A stretch of 62,680 bases of DNA, counting the filler, from Porpidia crustulata (taxonomy: Eukaryota): NCBI GenBank assembly GCA_964255105.1. It is 23 parts of 23 records of this genome, joined end to end, with 100 filler letters (N's around TTAATTAATTAA, not from the genome) between each part and the next. Parts side by side here need not be neighbours in the genome. Positions count along the whole stretch, not along the records: positions 35,988 to 38,620 come from CAXUWE010002414.1; positions 38,721 to 41,349 come from CAXUWE010002415.1; positions 41,450 to 44,074 come from CAXUWE010002416.1; positions 44,175 to 46,795 come from CAXUWE010002417.1; positions 46,896 to 49,492 come from CAXUWE010002419.1; positions 49,593 to 52,165 come from CAXUWE010002420.1; 17 more parts are not named here. The stretch is one strand, 5' to 3'. The notes beneath the pieces are model-generated. The model worked only from the letters and a program-made list of their open reading frames with translations, made no database searches and had not been told where the DNA came from. The position numbers and the translations under genes were made by a program. The number at the start of each line of letters is the position of its first letter. Position 1 is the first letter of the stretch. Of this stretch, positions 37,428 through 49,613 are shown piece after piece.

Positions 37428-38137
37428 ATGTCGAGGGTCCTTGACACCGTGCTTTCGCTAGCACCATATCACCTACTATCGTATGGCACATTGTTAGGGG
37501 CTGAGCTTTACCAGGTTCGTCACCTTTGTATATCTGCTTGTCATTCATTGAAATTTTGCCTCTAGAGCTTCATCATGACCAGTGTTTGTTTCCATACGCT
37601 GCCGATGCCACAATTCACGAGCCTCCAGAAGCGGGTGTTCCCTTTATACTTCAAATTACAAACGGGTTTAGTGATCCTGGTGGCAGTCACTCATCCGCCA
37701 AGGAGCTTGGCATCATTGATAGATTCCTGGTCGGACTATGTGCCCATCGGGGTAGCTCTAGGCGTTTCCACATTAAACCTATTGGTATGGGGCCCGAGGA
37801 CCCAAGAGGTGATGATTGAAAGAATACACCAGGGTGAGATAAATCTACATTTCGTTCGTTCGCAATGGGCATCGACAAGAGGATCGCTTTCAATAATCTC
37901 AAACCACACACGCGGTAAGCCTGCCAACTGCAACTCATAGCTGACTAAATATGTTACCAATCAGAAACGAAGGACGGTAAGAAGTACAACGAAGTGGAGG
38001 ATATGTCCGATGAGATGAAAAGTATCAATAAGAAATTCTCGAGGGCCCACGCAATGGCCATCCATCTAAATGCCATATCGATGATCGCTACGGTTTGGTA
38101 TGGGCTTTCACTGGCAACAAGGATCAATCTCGCTTGA
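37428..38137 (+). CDS. DUF4149/TMEM205-like membrane protein; introns 37515-37565, 37834-37964
   Basis: APYHLLSYGTLLGAELYQ|SF, FTSLQKRVFPLYF, NLLVWGPRT, ETKDGKKY..MKSINKKFSRAHAMAIHLN. Confidence 0.85.
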
Positions 38138-38722
38138 ATCTTACAAGTTTCAAGGGATTGGGTAAGTCAGTCGGCGTAACAGTTTGTCTCTGTGTGCACT
38201 GTGTATGCAGACGGTATTTCTGTGAATGCTCTGAGCTGTGATTGGACGTTTATCTCTAGAGGCTGTATGTTTTTCTCCTGCAGCGGTAATACTGCAAATT
38301 TTCTGGGCTCTGAGACAGCAGCGACCTGCATGGTTGACGGCCGAGATATTAGGGGCGCTCATTCGAGCAAGATTGCAAAAGAGATGCTTCGTCACATGGA
38401 AGACTGGACTGTGGATGTTTCGTGAAAAAAATGTGAAATAGACAAGGATAAAATTCTACGTGTGGGGACGCGCATGATTCACGATTGAAGCTATGAGCCA
38501 TTTTGCGATTCTCATTGATTTTTTTCAAGCAGTCAATAATAGCGACCGCAGACCTTCCTCCACCTACCTGTTACGATCAGACCTTCCCCAACATCCCCAG
38601 CAGCCCACCGGATCAAGGTGNNNNNNNNNNNNNNNNNNNNNNNNNNNNNNNNNNNNNNNNNNNNTTAATTAATTAANNNNNNNNNNNNNNNNNNNNNNNN
38701 NNNNNNNNNNNNNNNNNNNNAA

Positions 38723-40117
38723 CCGATCTTCAATGCTGGGACCGAGAGATTTATGAGGGACTGGAGATCCGGGATCGTGACAATTACTGTTCGCGATCAG
38801 CGACATAGACAACATGATCCCATCTTGGGTGTTGTACCTCTCAAATTGTCAGAGATTCTGTCAACTAGCTCTCAAGTTACTCGCTGGTACCCGCTTGATG
38901 GTGGCATTGGATTTGGTCGTGTGAGAATTTCTCTACTGTTCAGAAGTATTGAGACTCGACTCCCACCCCAAATGCTTGGATGGGATGTTGGGACGTTCGA
39001 GTTCAAATGCGATCGAATCCTGGCGACTGGATATCATTCTCATGCAAAGCTAAAGCTAAGGACTGGTGGCAGCGTTGGCCAGATTAGCAGAACCCAATGT
39101 CGAAGTTTACCTGAGGGTGACGGTATGTTTTTCGATATTGCAAAAAAGGACGGTAAAAACAACGTGCGGCTACCTGTCAAGTACCGCTACCGATCTCCCG
39201 TGGTCTTCGAATTCCACAATCCAGGCAAGCGGGGAGCCGCCGCATATGCTATGATCTGGCTTCATCATCTAGTAGACAATATAGATACACCAGTCAACAT
39301 CCCGATATGGACAACCAAGCAAGGAGCACGGCTGACACAGAACTACGTTACTGAAGAAAACCTTAGAGCTAAAGAAGTCACCGGCCTCAACGACGTAGAA
39401 GAGGTAGGTCGTCTCCATTTCCGCTGCCAATTCAAAGCAGGCATGGATGAAGATCATGAAAGTTTTGTCGTCGATGATAACACTCGCGAAACGTTTGAGA
39501 CTTGGGAAGCTTGTCTTGCCGAAGGCGTCCGTGAGAGAAAGGTTTCTTCGGAATTACCGCCGCAAATCAAAGATCTCCATGAGAAGTCGCTGCTGGAAGG
39601 TCGTGACACTCTGAAACAAGCTGAACCTGAAGACCGCAAGAAATGGCTCGCCAAAGACGGCCAAGATTGGAGTGGTGCCTTCAATGACGATCCAAAAGCT
39701 TACATGGACTCTACTGGTCGTAAACGAGCCGAACCAGGCGTTGACGAACCTGTTCATGACCGTTTCGACCCGAGTGACGACGATGAGAATATTAACGGGA
39801 GCTATGAAAGTGATTCGAGCTCTGAAATCGATCTCGGTGTTCAGGATAGCACCAACACGGAAGGCAGCGCAAACAACATGAGCGGCGCTGCAGAAAAGAC
39901 GCGACTCCAAAACGGAGGTACTGGAAAAGAAGAGAAGGCGATTGAAGAAGCAAACAAGAAAACCGAAAAGAGAAAGAACCGTGGACTTCTGCAATGGAAA
40001 CCGGTCCGCAACCTTGCCTTTGCAAAAGATGGAGCCAAATTCAAGGCTAAGAAGATGAAGGAGAAGCTGACGGGAGGTTTGAGTGGACGAGAGCCTGATG
40101 TAGAGACTGAAGCTTGA
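38723..40117 (+). CDS. C-terminal part of a Mug190-like C2-domain protein (5'-truncated)
   Basis: PIFNAGTERFMRDWR, VRDQRHRQHDPILGVVPLKL, QVTRWYPLDGGIGFGRVRISLLFR, RGLLQWKPVRN, ends REPDVETEA. Confidence 0.82.
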   Translation, partial: PIFNAGTERFMRDWRSGIVTITVRDQRHRQHDPILGVVPLKLSEILSTSSQVTRWYPLDGGIGFGRVRISLLFRSIETRLPPQMLGWDVGTFEFKCDRILATGYHSHAKLKLRTGGSVGQISRTQCRSLPEGDGMFFDIAKKDGKNNVRLPVKYRYRSPVVFEFHNPGKRGAAAYAMIWLHHLVDNIDTPVNIPIWTTKQGARLTQNYVTEENLRAKEVTGLNDVEEVGRLHFRCQFKAGMDEDHESFVVDDNTRETFETWEACLAEGVRERKVSSELPPQIKDLHEKSLLEGRDTLKQAEPEDRKKWLAKDGQDWSGAFNDDPKAYMDSTGRKRAEPGVDEPVHDRFDPSDDDENINGSYESDSSSEIDLGVQDSTNTEGSANNMSGAAEKTRLQNGGTGKEEKAIEEANKKTEKRKNRGLLQWKPVRNLAFAKDGAKFKAKKMKEKLTGGLSGREPDVETEA

Positions 40118-40571
40118 ATGTGGCACGGTATCCGTGTCATGATTTGGGTTCTGGGCTTTTTGATGCCCTTGTATATCCATGTTTACTCCCTTTTTGGCCT
40201 TGTTCTTTTGAATGTGCGCATCGGCAGTATTGCAATCAGCGCAGATTTTACTACAAGAGCAGCAGTATTAGTCGTCTTACTCAGCACTGGCGTCGATTCT
40301 TTGTACAATATACCAAAGATCGTCGCAAGCCCATTGGCCCCTATCACGATAATCGCTCAGTATGTAGATCGTCTTGTGGAGGTGGCCTTTCTATGATTAT
40401 ACCGAAAAGTTGGATTTGTTAGGACCCTAGTGGCGTAGATCTAACACACGGCTGATCGGAATTTGACGCGGAGAAGCACGTGATCTTTAATTCTATCTCA
40501 ATTTGCTCTCGAGGATTCTGCAATTTGAACTACAGTCAAGTCCCCAAGCCCAAGTTGGGCCACAGCCCGGA

Positions 40572-41282
40572 ATGGTGAACGTAATACGGCGCATGAGGAA
40601 GCTCAAAGCTGTAAGCCCCACCCCCAAACCACCCTACTACGAATCCTCGCTGACGCACACGCACAGAAAGTACGTTTACCCACAAACAATCAAAAAAGTC
40701 AACACTATCCAACCTCCCTAACCCCCTCTCCCTCCCATCTAGCTCCTCGACATCCGCCTTGGCCCCGGCGCCGCCATCCTCCCCCCATCCGTAACAAAAA
40801 TCCACCTCGACTGCGCCGTCAAAAACTACTACGGCCACTCCGGCGCCCGCAAATTCTGGCGCCTCTGCCTCCCCCGCCTCAAATACCACAACCCGGCCGT
40901 GTCGATGCTCGTGACCCGGCCGCGCACGTACGGCGGACCGGCGACGCTGACGATTTTCTTCGACGATGCGGGATCCGGCGGCAACGCGACGACCGCCGCG
41001 TCTGGTTCTGCGTCGGCGGATCCGACGGTGGACCCGGGGTTCAAGGGCAGGACGGCGGTTGTCGATATGCTGAATCAGACGGAGTCGGAGATTCTGAGGC
41101 AGGTGGTGGAGTTGACGGGGGCGACGGCGGTGACGGCAACGAAGGAGGAGCAGGCGGAGATTCGGGAGTTGGAGGCGCAGGGGAAGAGGAGTGAGCTGGA
41201 TATGGCGAGGACGGCGAGGATGAATGAGCAGAGGAAGCAGGAGAAGGCGTTGTTGGAGCAGGCGAGGGGGGTGATGGCGTGA
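40572..41282 (+). CDS. MRP49: Mitochondrial ribosomal protein Mrp49/mL61 (L51/S25/CI-B8 domain); exons 40572-40610, 40667-40669 (3 nt), 40743-41282
   Basis: MVNVIRRMRKLKA-K-LLDIRLGPGAAILP, GHSGARKFWRLCLPRLKYHNPAV. Two short introns, each with its own donor, branch site and acceptor. Confidence 0.85.
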
Positions 41283-41537
41283 TTGGGAGATTCGTGTGTC
41301 ATGTGGGGATGGTGGGAGGGCTGTTTATAGGAATGTGCATAGTTGGCATNNNNNNNNNNNNNNNNNNNNNNNNNNNNNNNNNNNNNNNNNNNNTTAATTA
41401 ATTAANNNNNNNNNNNNNNNNNNNNNNNNNNNNNNNNNNNNNNNNNNNNAAAGGGGGGGGAGTGGTTTGTAAGTGCGACGGGGGATGACTGGGAGCGCGA
41501 TCGGGAGGGAAATTGATGGGACAGTAAGGAGACGTAC

Positions 41538-41655
41538 CGATCATGTGCCGAGTAGCCCAATCCGCACCTTCGCTCAGCGGTTGCTGGTCATGTCCGCCGT
41601 GAGACAAGGCCGAGGGAAGGAGAGAGAACAGGGAGAGCAGGAGGTTCGGACGCAT
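41538..41655 (-). CDS. First exon of an Ssp120-like secretory-pathway EF-hand protein (3'-truncated)
   Basis: Signal peptide, then HGGHDQQP..ADWATRHM, then a GTACGT donor. Confidence 0.65.
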
Positions 41656-41915
41656 GTTTCCAATTGGCAGACGAAGTCGCGAGGAGTTATCGCAGTATAC
41701 TCTAATGGAGCCAGATACAGGAGGTGAGTGAATTGGTGATCATGAGGTGAAGATGAGGCTCGCAATGACGACGGAGCTTGGATTGTTTGTTTCTTTCGCT
41801 GTTTGCAGCGGCGACGCGGCAGGGGTGTAGGGCTAGCCTTGCAGGCCTTGACTCGCATGGCGGTGTTTTCTTGTCCCACCAGGACCATTTACTTCCTACT
41901 ATGCTCTACTATTGT

Positions 41916-43370
41916 TTACATTGGTCCAATGTATATATCGAAAACACAATGTACCACCCCCGGCGCATAATCCTTAACTCGCTCAACGTGCTCACAATTA
42001 ATCCGTCTCTTCGAATCACCTCCATCGTTTTTCTTCACCAGCTCCTTGAAAGTTTCCGTCACTGTTACCTGTCTACCCTCAATATCGCCGGCCGCAATAT
42101 TCTCATGCGCGTGTATCCATCCCCCCTTGACCGGATCCAGCACTTGCACTGCTGTTTTCCAGCTCGGCTCTGACGAGGGGAGGAAACCGCAGTTTACATG
42201 TCTGACCGGCGGGTTATGATTCCGCATTGTCTTGATCCGGCCCGCTGCTTTTTCGTTGGTTTCTTGAAAGACTATCAGTCTTTCTTCGAATTTTCCGAGT
42301 TCTTCCACTTGGTTATGCTGAATGAATTTGACGTCCCACCCATTTCCCTCCACTCCCCTCCTTAACCCCTCGACACTCCAGGGGTTGATTTCCCAGCAAA
42401 ATACCCGTGATATGCCCGCTCTGGCATAGCTGAAGGCGAAGTAGCCAATCCCGGCATATAGATCTATTGCACTACTTGCTTCCAGCTTCCTCCCTCCAAG
42501 GCCGTCTTTCGTCAGCTGGAGGATCCTCGCTTTCTCACGGATGTTGCCACGAGAGAACATACTGTAACGTGGTGCCCATGTCTGAAAGATCCCGTTTTGC
42601 CGTGTCGAGACCCAGAAAGCTTTGTCGAAGTCATATTGCGATGGGATATGGTCTGTGGGCAGTAAAGATCCGAAATCGCCATACAGAGGCGTCATAGCCG
42701 AGGGTGAGCGGAGGATGTTTATGGTCGAGGTTCCTTGGGTGAGCAGCGGTATCGGGCCGTTGAGGGCGATGTGTGTTGTTCTAGACTTTGCACAAAGGAG
42801 AAGGTAGAAAGCTTCAAGGTGAGGGGTCAGGAGTGGAAGAACGGATGGCCAAGGTGGGAGCGTGAAGGTTTTTGGAGGAAGGAGTATGAGGGGTCGGTAA
42901 ACTGTATAGGGGCAACTGGAAGTGGAAAGCAGGGCGGAGATGGTGGCAGGATTGGGGAGAGTGGAAGGGGGGAGGCTGTGTAGCCAGATGGACAGTGCGA
43001 GGAGCAGAGGGTTCTGATGATTTTCGTAGGAGACACCTTTATCTGGTATGAGTGGTGTGGCAAGAGTGATCGCCAGATGTATCGACGATTCATAGGGACT
43101 CAAGCCTAGCGGTGGCAGAATTGAGGGTTTGAGGCTGAATACGTCTTTGTAAGGAGAGCATGAGCGGATGGTGGTTGGGATCATGTAATTGCCGACACAA
43201 GCATCGAAAAACTCTTCCAAGACAATATCAGAGAAATCATGCTCGGAGCATATCAACTTGATTTTGTGCTTTTTATCGAGTTGTCCATGGGCCTCGAGAG
43301 CATTCTTGACGGGTTTGACCAATTTCTTCGGAACGACAAGATTTATTGAAGATATTTCCGGTGTGGTCAT
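41916..43370 (-). CDS. TYW2: tRNA wybutosine-synthesizing protein 2 (Trm12)
   Basis: QNGIFQTWAPRYSMFSRGNIREKARIL, DLYAGIGYFAFSY, WEINPWSVEGL, HVNCGFLPSS, GWIHAHEN, VKDYAPGVVHCVFD. Confidence 0.92.
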   Translation of the reverse strand: MTTPEISSINLVVPKKLVKPVKNALEAHGQLDKKHKIKLICSEHDFSDIVLEEFFDACVGNYMIPTTIRSCSPYKDVFSLKPSILPPLGLSPYESSIHLAITLATPLIPDKGVSYENHQNPLLLALSIWLHSLPPSTLPNPATISALLSTSSCPYTVYRPLILLPPKTFTLPPWPSVLPLLTPHLEAFYLLLCAKSRTTHIALNGPIPLLTQGTSTINILRSPSAMTPLYGDFGSLLPTDHIPSQYDFDKAFWVSTRQNGIFQTWAPRYSMFSRGNIREKARILQLTKDGLGGRKLEASSAIDLYAGIGYFAFSYARAGISRVFCWEINPWSVEGLRRGVEGNGWDVKFIQHNQVEELGKFEERLIVFQETNEKAAGRIKTMRNHNPPVRHVNCGFLPSSEPSWKTAVQVLDPVKGGWIHAHENIAAGDIEGRQVTVTETFKELVKKNDGGDSKRRINCEHVERVKDYAPGVVHCVFDIYIGPM

Positions 43371-45601
43371 TGTTGGCGACTTCCCAAATCATTCTCCAAG
43401 ATATTTCAAGTATCATCTCAGCACCGAATACAAACAGAACCGAAAGCTTGAGGCCGAACCGTGAGACTACAGGAGTATGTCACCCAGGAAGAGTATGGTA
43501 GCTAAATAGTGAGGGTGATACGAAGTAAAACTCTCCATACGAAGCCGTGTGGATTCTGAAAAATACGCCTGCAAGCGCATCCAAAGACTCAAGAGAGTGT
43601 ATCAAGATGAGTTGCTGATTGTAGAAAAGCGCCTCGCTTCACTACGCGCTAGTCTTTCACGCCTGTTCAATCTCTGCAAGCACTCATCTTCATTTCTCTC
43701 CGAGCTAATTTCTCATCTGAACTCAACATCGTGCCTTGGATATTGCCGTAGGCAATACGGTGAGTCCGAAAACTACATCCCACAGACGAAAACAAGGAAA
43801 CATAGCGGGCCAGCCTAAAAAGGTCAACAGCACCGCTCTTGGGGTTAGACGATTGTCGCCAGCGCTTTTGTTGAATTATATATTTGTTCTTCCCTAAAGT
43901 CTCGCCAGGCAAGAGAAGATCTTGATGCAGGGGCTCAGAGTTTCACGCTTCATCTCTACAGTCTAAAATCCGCGAATCAATACAATCTCATCTGAATCCT
44001 GGTATTCAATAAGACTGTCTCCAGACCTTTCTCCTTTTCTATCTAATATCGTTTGCCATCGTATTGTATCCCTCNNNNNNNNNNNNNNNNNNNNNNNNNN
44101 NNNNNNNNNNNNNNNNNNTTAATTAATTAANNNNNNNNNNNNNNNNNNNNNNNNNNNNNNNNNNNNNNNNNNNNATTTTAGACCGTGCGTATGGTGAGAT
44201 GATAATGGTGTTTGAAAGGTAATATCAAGCAATACATAAGATGGTGACTATCTGGAAAGTGCCATGGTTGGCTTCCTGTTTGGACACTCAGTCAGCATCA
44301 ATAGTGCTTATAGAGTTTTGTAGCATTGAGATTAGATTGTTGTCAGAAAGTTGCGTATGTAATATATTTATCCTCATTCCCAAAGGATAGGACAGCTCCA
44401 ATAAATGGTATTCATCATGTGAAAGGATCGGCTATTGCATAGGTGTCTGAGACTCACATTGAAGGATGATATGAGACGGTTGTGTACTGAGATCATAAAC
44501 ATTCCGCAATGTATGGTGGATGAAGTTGAAGTATGAGGTTTGAGCACAAGAGATCTGAACAATCTTTTGGATGTCCTTTGAATGGAATTCACACGTGACG
44601 TCCAAAGTAGGCGTGATCTTCCTCGCATCCCAGACTATCCAGAAGCGGACAAGTGGGCATCTGAAACACATTGGCGTGATTGTCGTGATCTTTAAATAGC
44701 CACAACGTTTTTTTCCGCCAGATGGGAAAAACTTCGTAGACAGTCCGAGTCTTCATTATCTACATGACTGTTGGAGATAAACGTCGTTGACGTATGTGAA
44801 TTGAATTTAAAGGTTTACAGGATCATCAAATACCCAAGAATACCTTATATAATTGACTCCTATCTTTCTATTTTGAGATTCGCATGTTTGCTTTATAGGG
44901 AACACTTGCCTATAACAATATCCACTATCACTGACCCCTACACCTCCTCTCATCCACGATAAAGTAAACAAACCCAACATCAACAACAGAATTCCCGCCA
45001 TACCACATCTTCCGAGTCGCCAGAGCCGCAGCTGTGTCACGGCAAAGGCAACCGAAGCATCGCATTATCAATCCTCCCTCGGCATCTGAAACACGCAGCC
45101 GTCAAAATCCGCCAGTTACTCGAGCGAGTCGAAGCGCCGGCCCTTCGGCTCCTCCAACGTGGACACTCGTCACGGCCCACTGCCAACGGCGACAATCTTT
45201 TTGACCCTCTCTCTAATCCTTCTCAAATCCAAGGACTCTTCTACGCGGCGGCATACTTCAACCAAGAGCTCAGCTGCTCTCAGACCTACGATAGTGGCGA
45301 CCCCGCAGAACGCGAACTGGAGTCGCTCTGTGCTCACCCAAATCTATAATTAATTGAAATTTTAGCGGTCAGCACACCGCCAGGAATGTAGATATACGGC
45401 TGAACATTACGTTATTTGTACGAAGGCCACCATTACGCCGCCGTAAGGCGCAGTCGCCAGAAGCGCCCTATACTAATCCCTCGTTGTGGTAGAGCGCATC
45501 AGCAGCGCTGCAATACTGGTAGGGTAAGGTCTTTAGATTCTGGAAGACAAGACTGGTCTGGCACACGGGAAAAGCACAAGGCCTCGCGCACTTCAACTCT
45601 C

Positions 45602-46795
45602 ATGGCTGGCACATCGACGGCTGTGCTGTCGCCTTCCTCGTCGCCGAATTCCTCACATAATATTCAACCTTCACCACCTAATCCAAGCGCACCATCGTTA
45701 CCACCTTTAAATACTAATACCACTTCGAAAAGGAACACCTTACAACGCCCACCCTCTTACGCCAGAAATAGAATGTCATCCTACTCGATCACTTCAAATA
45801 ATTCTCAGAACCGATCGCGGCCGCCCTCACATGCCTTTCCAACATTTTACTCGAGCTTACCCTATGCCTTGGTCCGAGATTTTGCATATCCTATAATACA
45901 TCCTAATCATTACGGTCCTCCTCCAGATTCCTCGGGAGTCTCAACTCCCGCCAGCGAAGCTCCACGCCGGCTATCAGATCCCGCGAACAGTACTTGGGAT
46001 GGTGCAGATCCACAATGGTCGGCAGGGCCGTGGGGTGGTGACGGATTTTTCAACACCCAGCAGCTTCCGCAAACATCGTACGGGGACGGACCGCCGTATA
46101 GTGAAGATGAGGACCTACACAGTCCGGTTGTGGTTAGCTCACGGCATAAGAAGCATAAGTCGACATCCGCAGCAATAGCGGGAGGACAAAGTAAAGGGAA
46201 AGGTCGAAGTCCGAAAAATGGTGAGGAAGAGGGGGATCTAGATCATAATGATAGAAGCTACTTTGCCAATGGTAGCCGGATGCACCATATTGGTGAAGGT
46301 GATGAGACCGAAGGCGACCTCGTAACATATCCTCCTGATCAGGCGCGACAATCTTTGTTGGCTCCAAACACATATGGGATACCTGGCCAACGAGACTCTC
46401 ACTTTGCAACGCTACCAAATAGGTCATATAGACAAGACGAGAATGCCGATTCCGACGACGACTCCCTGCTCCATCCAGAAAATGGAAACGATTCGCGGTA
46501 CTCGAAAGACTATCAATTCACCATCGCCTCCCCGGACGAAGAAATGCACGGCAAAGCAGTTGCCCTCTTCGACTTTGAGCGCGAAAACGAGAATGAACTC
46601 CCTCTAATCGAGGGCCAAGTCATCTGGGTATCGTATCGACATGGCCAGGGATGGCTCGTAGCCGAAGATCCCAGAACCGGTGAATCGGGACTTGTCCCTG
46701 AAGAGTTTGTCCGTTTGCTTCGGGATATTGAAGGCGGTTGGACGTCATGGAGTGGCGGCAGTGAAGATCCTAATACTGCAAGTGCCAATCACAAC
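45602..46795 (+). CDS. NBP2: SH3-domain adaptor Nbp2-like (HOG pathway), 3'-truncated
   Basis: VRDFAYP..HYG motif and SH3 domain HGKAVALFDFERENENELPLIEGQVIWVSYRHGQGWLVAED..ESGLVPEEFV. Confidence 0.85.
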
Positions 46796-46895
46796 NNNNN
46801 NNNNNNNNNNNNNNNNNNNNNNNNNNNNNNNNNNNNNNNTTAATTAATTAANNNNNNNNNNNNNNNNNNNNNNNNNNNNNNNNNNNNNNNNNNNN

Positions 46896-48573
46896 AGGGC
46901 AGCTTGGATGACTTGGCGAGAGGTTGGGGCCGGGACAGTGAGGCGGTGGAAGTACCATTGGCTGACTGTCGCGGCGGTGGTGGCGCGTTGAATCCCAGCA
47001 CCCACAGCGAGCGTCCAGAGGTAGACTAGGACGAAGAAGATGCCAAGGAACCAGGTGCTGGTGTCGATGATGAAGAGAGTTTTGGCGTTGGTGAGGTGGC
47101 CGCCTAAAAACACACGAGTGAACATTGTCATCCAGATCCAGGTCCATGTGATAACACTCAGCAGAGTGGCGAAACCAACGGCTAGAAGACCTGGGTTTAC
47201 GGCGAGGATTCGGCAGGCGAATTCAAGGATGCCTATAGCTTTGCCAAATGAGTGGCGGCCACGATACACGGCGAAGGTCCACACTATTGCTGATATCCCA
47301 GGGACTAGGGAAAACCAGCGCATGGCTTTATCTTGCACGCTCGCGCCACGCCACTGCCCTTTAAAGCTCGAGATGAGCGGGTAAAGGGAGAATGAGAAGA
47401 GGATGATTGGAACCGCGACTAGGATCGCGTAAACCAAAGGGCGTACATAGGACCGCAGGACAGCCAGCCATAATAGGGACACGAGGACTGCAACGAGGGT
47501 GTCGATCGCTAGCAGGTGGAAGGATGCGTTCAGTGTTGTATATACGGTATCACCAAGAGGAACTTTGGGCGCAGACGTGTGGAGCCAAACCAGCAGATAA
47601 CTTGCGAAAAGAGCAGCCAGAGATATTATAAATAGGCTTCCCCAAAATGCATCATGCCGAGGTGGCTCATCCGTAGGGTAGGATACCGTCGGAGGTGCCG
47701 ATGATGAATCCGATTCTGGCGGAGGTGGTCTGCCATATACAGCATCCACTTCTGTTTCTTGAGGTATAAACGGAGATGATTTGAAGGGTACTCTTGGCGT
47801 CTTTCGAAACTGCTGTATTGATGGAGGATCATCGTCAGGTGGTATCTCGATAGCCAAGTCATCTGGAGGCTCGTCTCTATCCATGTCATCCGTACTACTC
47901 TGTGTTGTGCTTTCCAGGCCAACGTCGACCATTTTACCCTTGCTCTTACTGCTGTCTTCACTCTCAACTTTCGATAGCTGGACGGTGTCGCCTTCATCCA
48001 CGGATGCGATGTGAGGGCCCCTGCTATTCTTCGTTGCTTTCTGCCCCCTCCATGAGCTTTTAATGCCTGCCCCTCTCCCCCGACCCCGTTCGTCTATATC
48101 TCTACCATCGCCGCTCTCCAGCCCGGAATCTCTACCAACGTCATCTTCGACTTCCGAAGACTCCTCCAATCTGCTCCCGCCAAACTGCCGCCTTGAACGC
48201 TGTAGAGCGTAAAAGTCCGCTACCTCTCTTTCGTGCTCCTCTTCATCATCTTGTTCTCTAAAGTCATCTGTGGCGCTGTAGAAGAGCGGAGCGTTCGGTG
48301 CAGCTGTACGAGATGCAAACGGGAACTGAGTGAAATGTGACGCACTGGCCTGATAAGGGTTGCCGGGTCTCTGGAAGGTGGACCTTGAGTTTGGAAATCT
48401 TGATGATTGATCTGGACGTCTTTGTCTTTCTAAAGGGTTTCTCGATGACTGCTCCGGTGGAGCAAAGCCTATTCTTGACTGTGATTGTGCCAGGAACCTA
48501 CTAGCGTCTAGAGCGGTGTGTTAATTTCAGAGCTCATTACAAAAGCTCAGGAGATCCTACATTCAGAGAACAT
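46896..48573 (-). CDS. Choline transporter-like (CTL/PNS1 family) protein, 3'-truncated; intron 48508-48560
   Basis: Spliced MFSEYASRFLAQSQSR, APLFYSATDDF, PPRHDAFW, several TM segments, QRATTAATVSQWYF. Confidence 0.85.
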
Positions 48574-49197
48574 GCTCGCGATCCTATTAAACCTTCAGCA
48601 ACTACATATGAGCTTGTGTTGGATCCCAGGCGAATAGTTGTAGGCGTGATCAAACTTGAAAAGATAACGCAGCTGTCTCACCGGCTTTTGTGCTATGGAA
48701 ACACAATCTGTTGTACGAGACCTTTTTGCTATACGCAGATTTGAGTAGTGAATATGATGGGGATATCAAGTAGACAGTGTGATGAAATACAGAGAAGAGT
48801 CACGAGAAGGATAAAGAATCCGCGTGCTGCCTTGACGTCGCTGAGCAACTACCGCCCAGTCATGCTCGTTCATAAATCAGCCGATTGCAGGAGATGCACA
48901 ACTGCCCGCATTGGCGTTGGAGCTTGGTCTTATGCAATGCATAAATTCGCCTTTCAAGGTCGTCCTTCAACTTATTCCTACAAATTCCTCCTCTTGTAAA
49001 GAAAATGGGACCTACCATCTCCCTTCATAGGTATTCGACTAAGAACTTCTCTACTATTATACTCTACTCGAACCGTTACTCAGACATCTCCGTCTCCAGC
49101 TCTGTATGACGTCATCCTATGCCGCGCTTACCCTGAGTACCTGAACGAGACTCTTCTATCACCGTCAAAGCTCGTGCCTAACGGTCTACATTTCCCA

Positions 49198-49492
49198 ATG
49201 TCACAACCATGGGACTACATCGCCAAGCTCGTCTGCATCGGTGACAGTGGCACCGGCAAATCCAGCGTAGCATGGCCCCATTCCACCCTCGATCCCACCA
49301 CTAACTACCAAGCATTAACTGACTCCTTCCCATAGCTCACCATCCGCCTCTGCGAAGGCCGCTTCTCCCCCCACCACGACGTAACAATCGGCGTCGAGTT
49401 CGGCTCTCGCATCGTCCCCGTCGGCCCTCCAGCCTCACAGTCTCTAAAGATCAACAACCCTCATGCTCCAGCTCATCCATCCCTCCCCAAAC
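49198..49492 (+). CDS. Rab-family small GTPase (Rab2-like), 3'-truncated; intron 49267-49335
   Basis: WDYIAKLVCIGDSGTGKSS|LTIRLCEGRF..HDVTIGVEFGSRIV (P-loop and effector loop). Not present in the ORF track. Confidence 0.9.
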
Positions 49493-49613
49493 NNNNNNNN
49501 NNNNNNNNNNNNNNNNNNNNNNNNNNNNNNNNNNNNTTAATTAATTAANNNNNNNNNNNNNNNNNNNNNNNNNNNNNNNNNNNNNNNNNNNNACCCTGTC
49601 CCTACCTACGTAT

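Noticed and set aside
37834..37964. Internal GTAAGC in the 131-nt DUF4149 intron as a nested intron (stwintron)
   Set aside because: Removing the internal part does not rebuild a donor, branch site or acceptor; at most a cryptic alternative donor.
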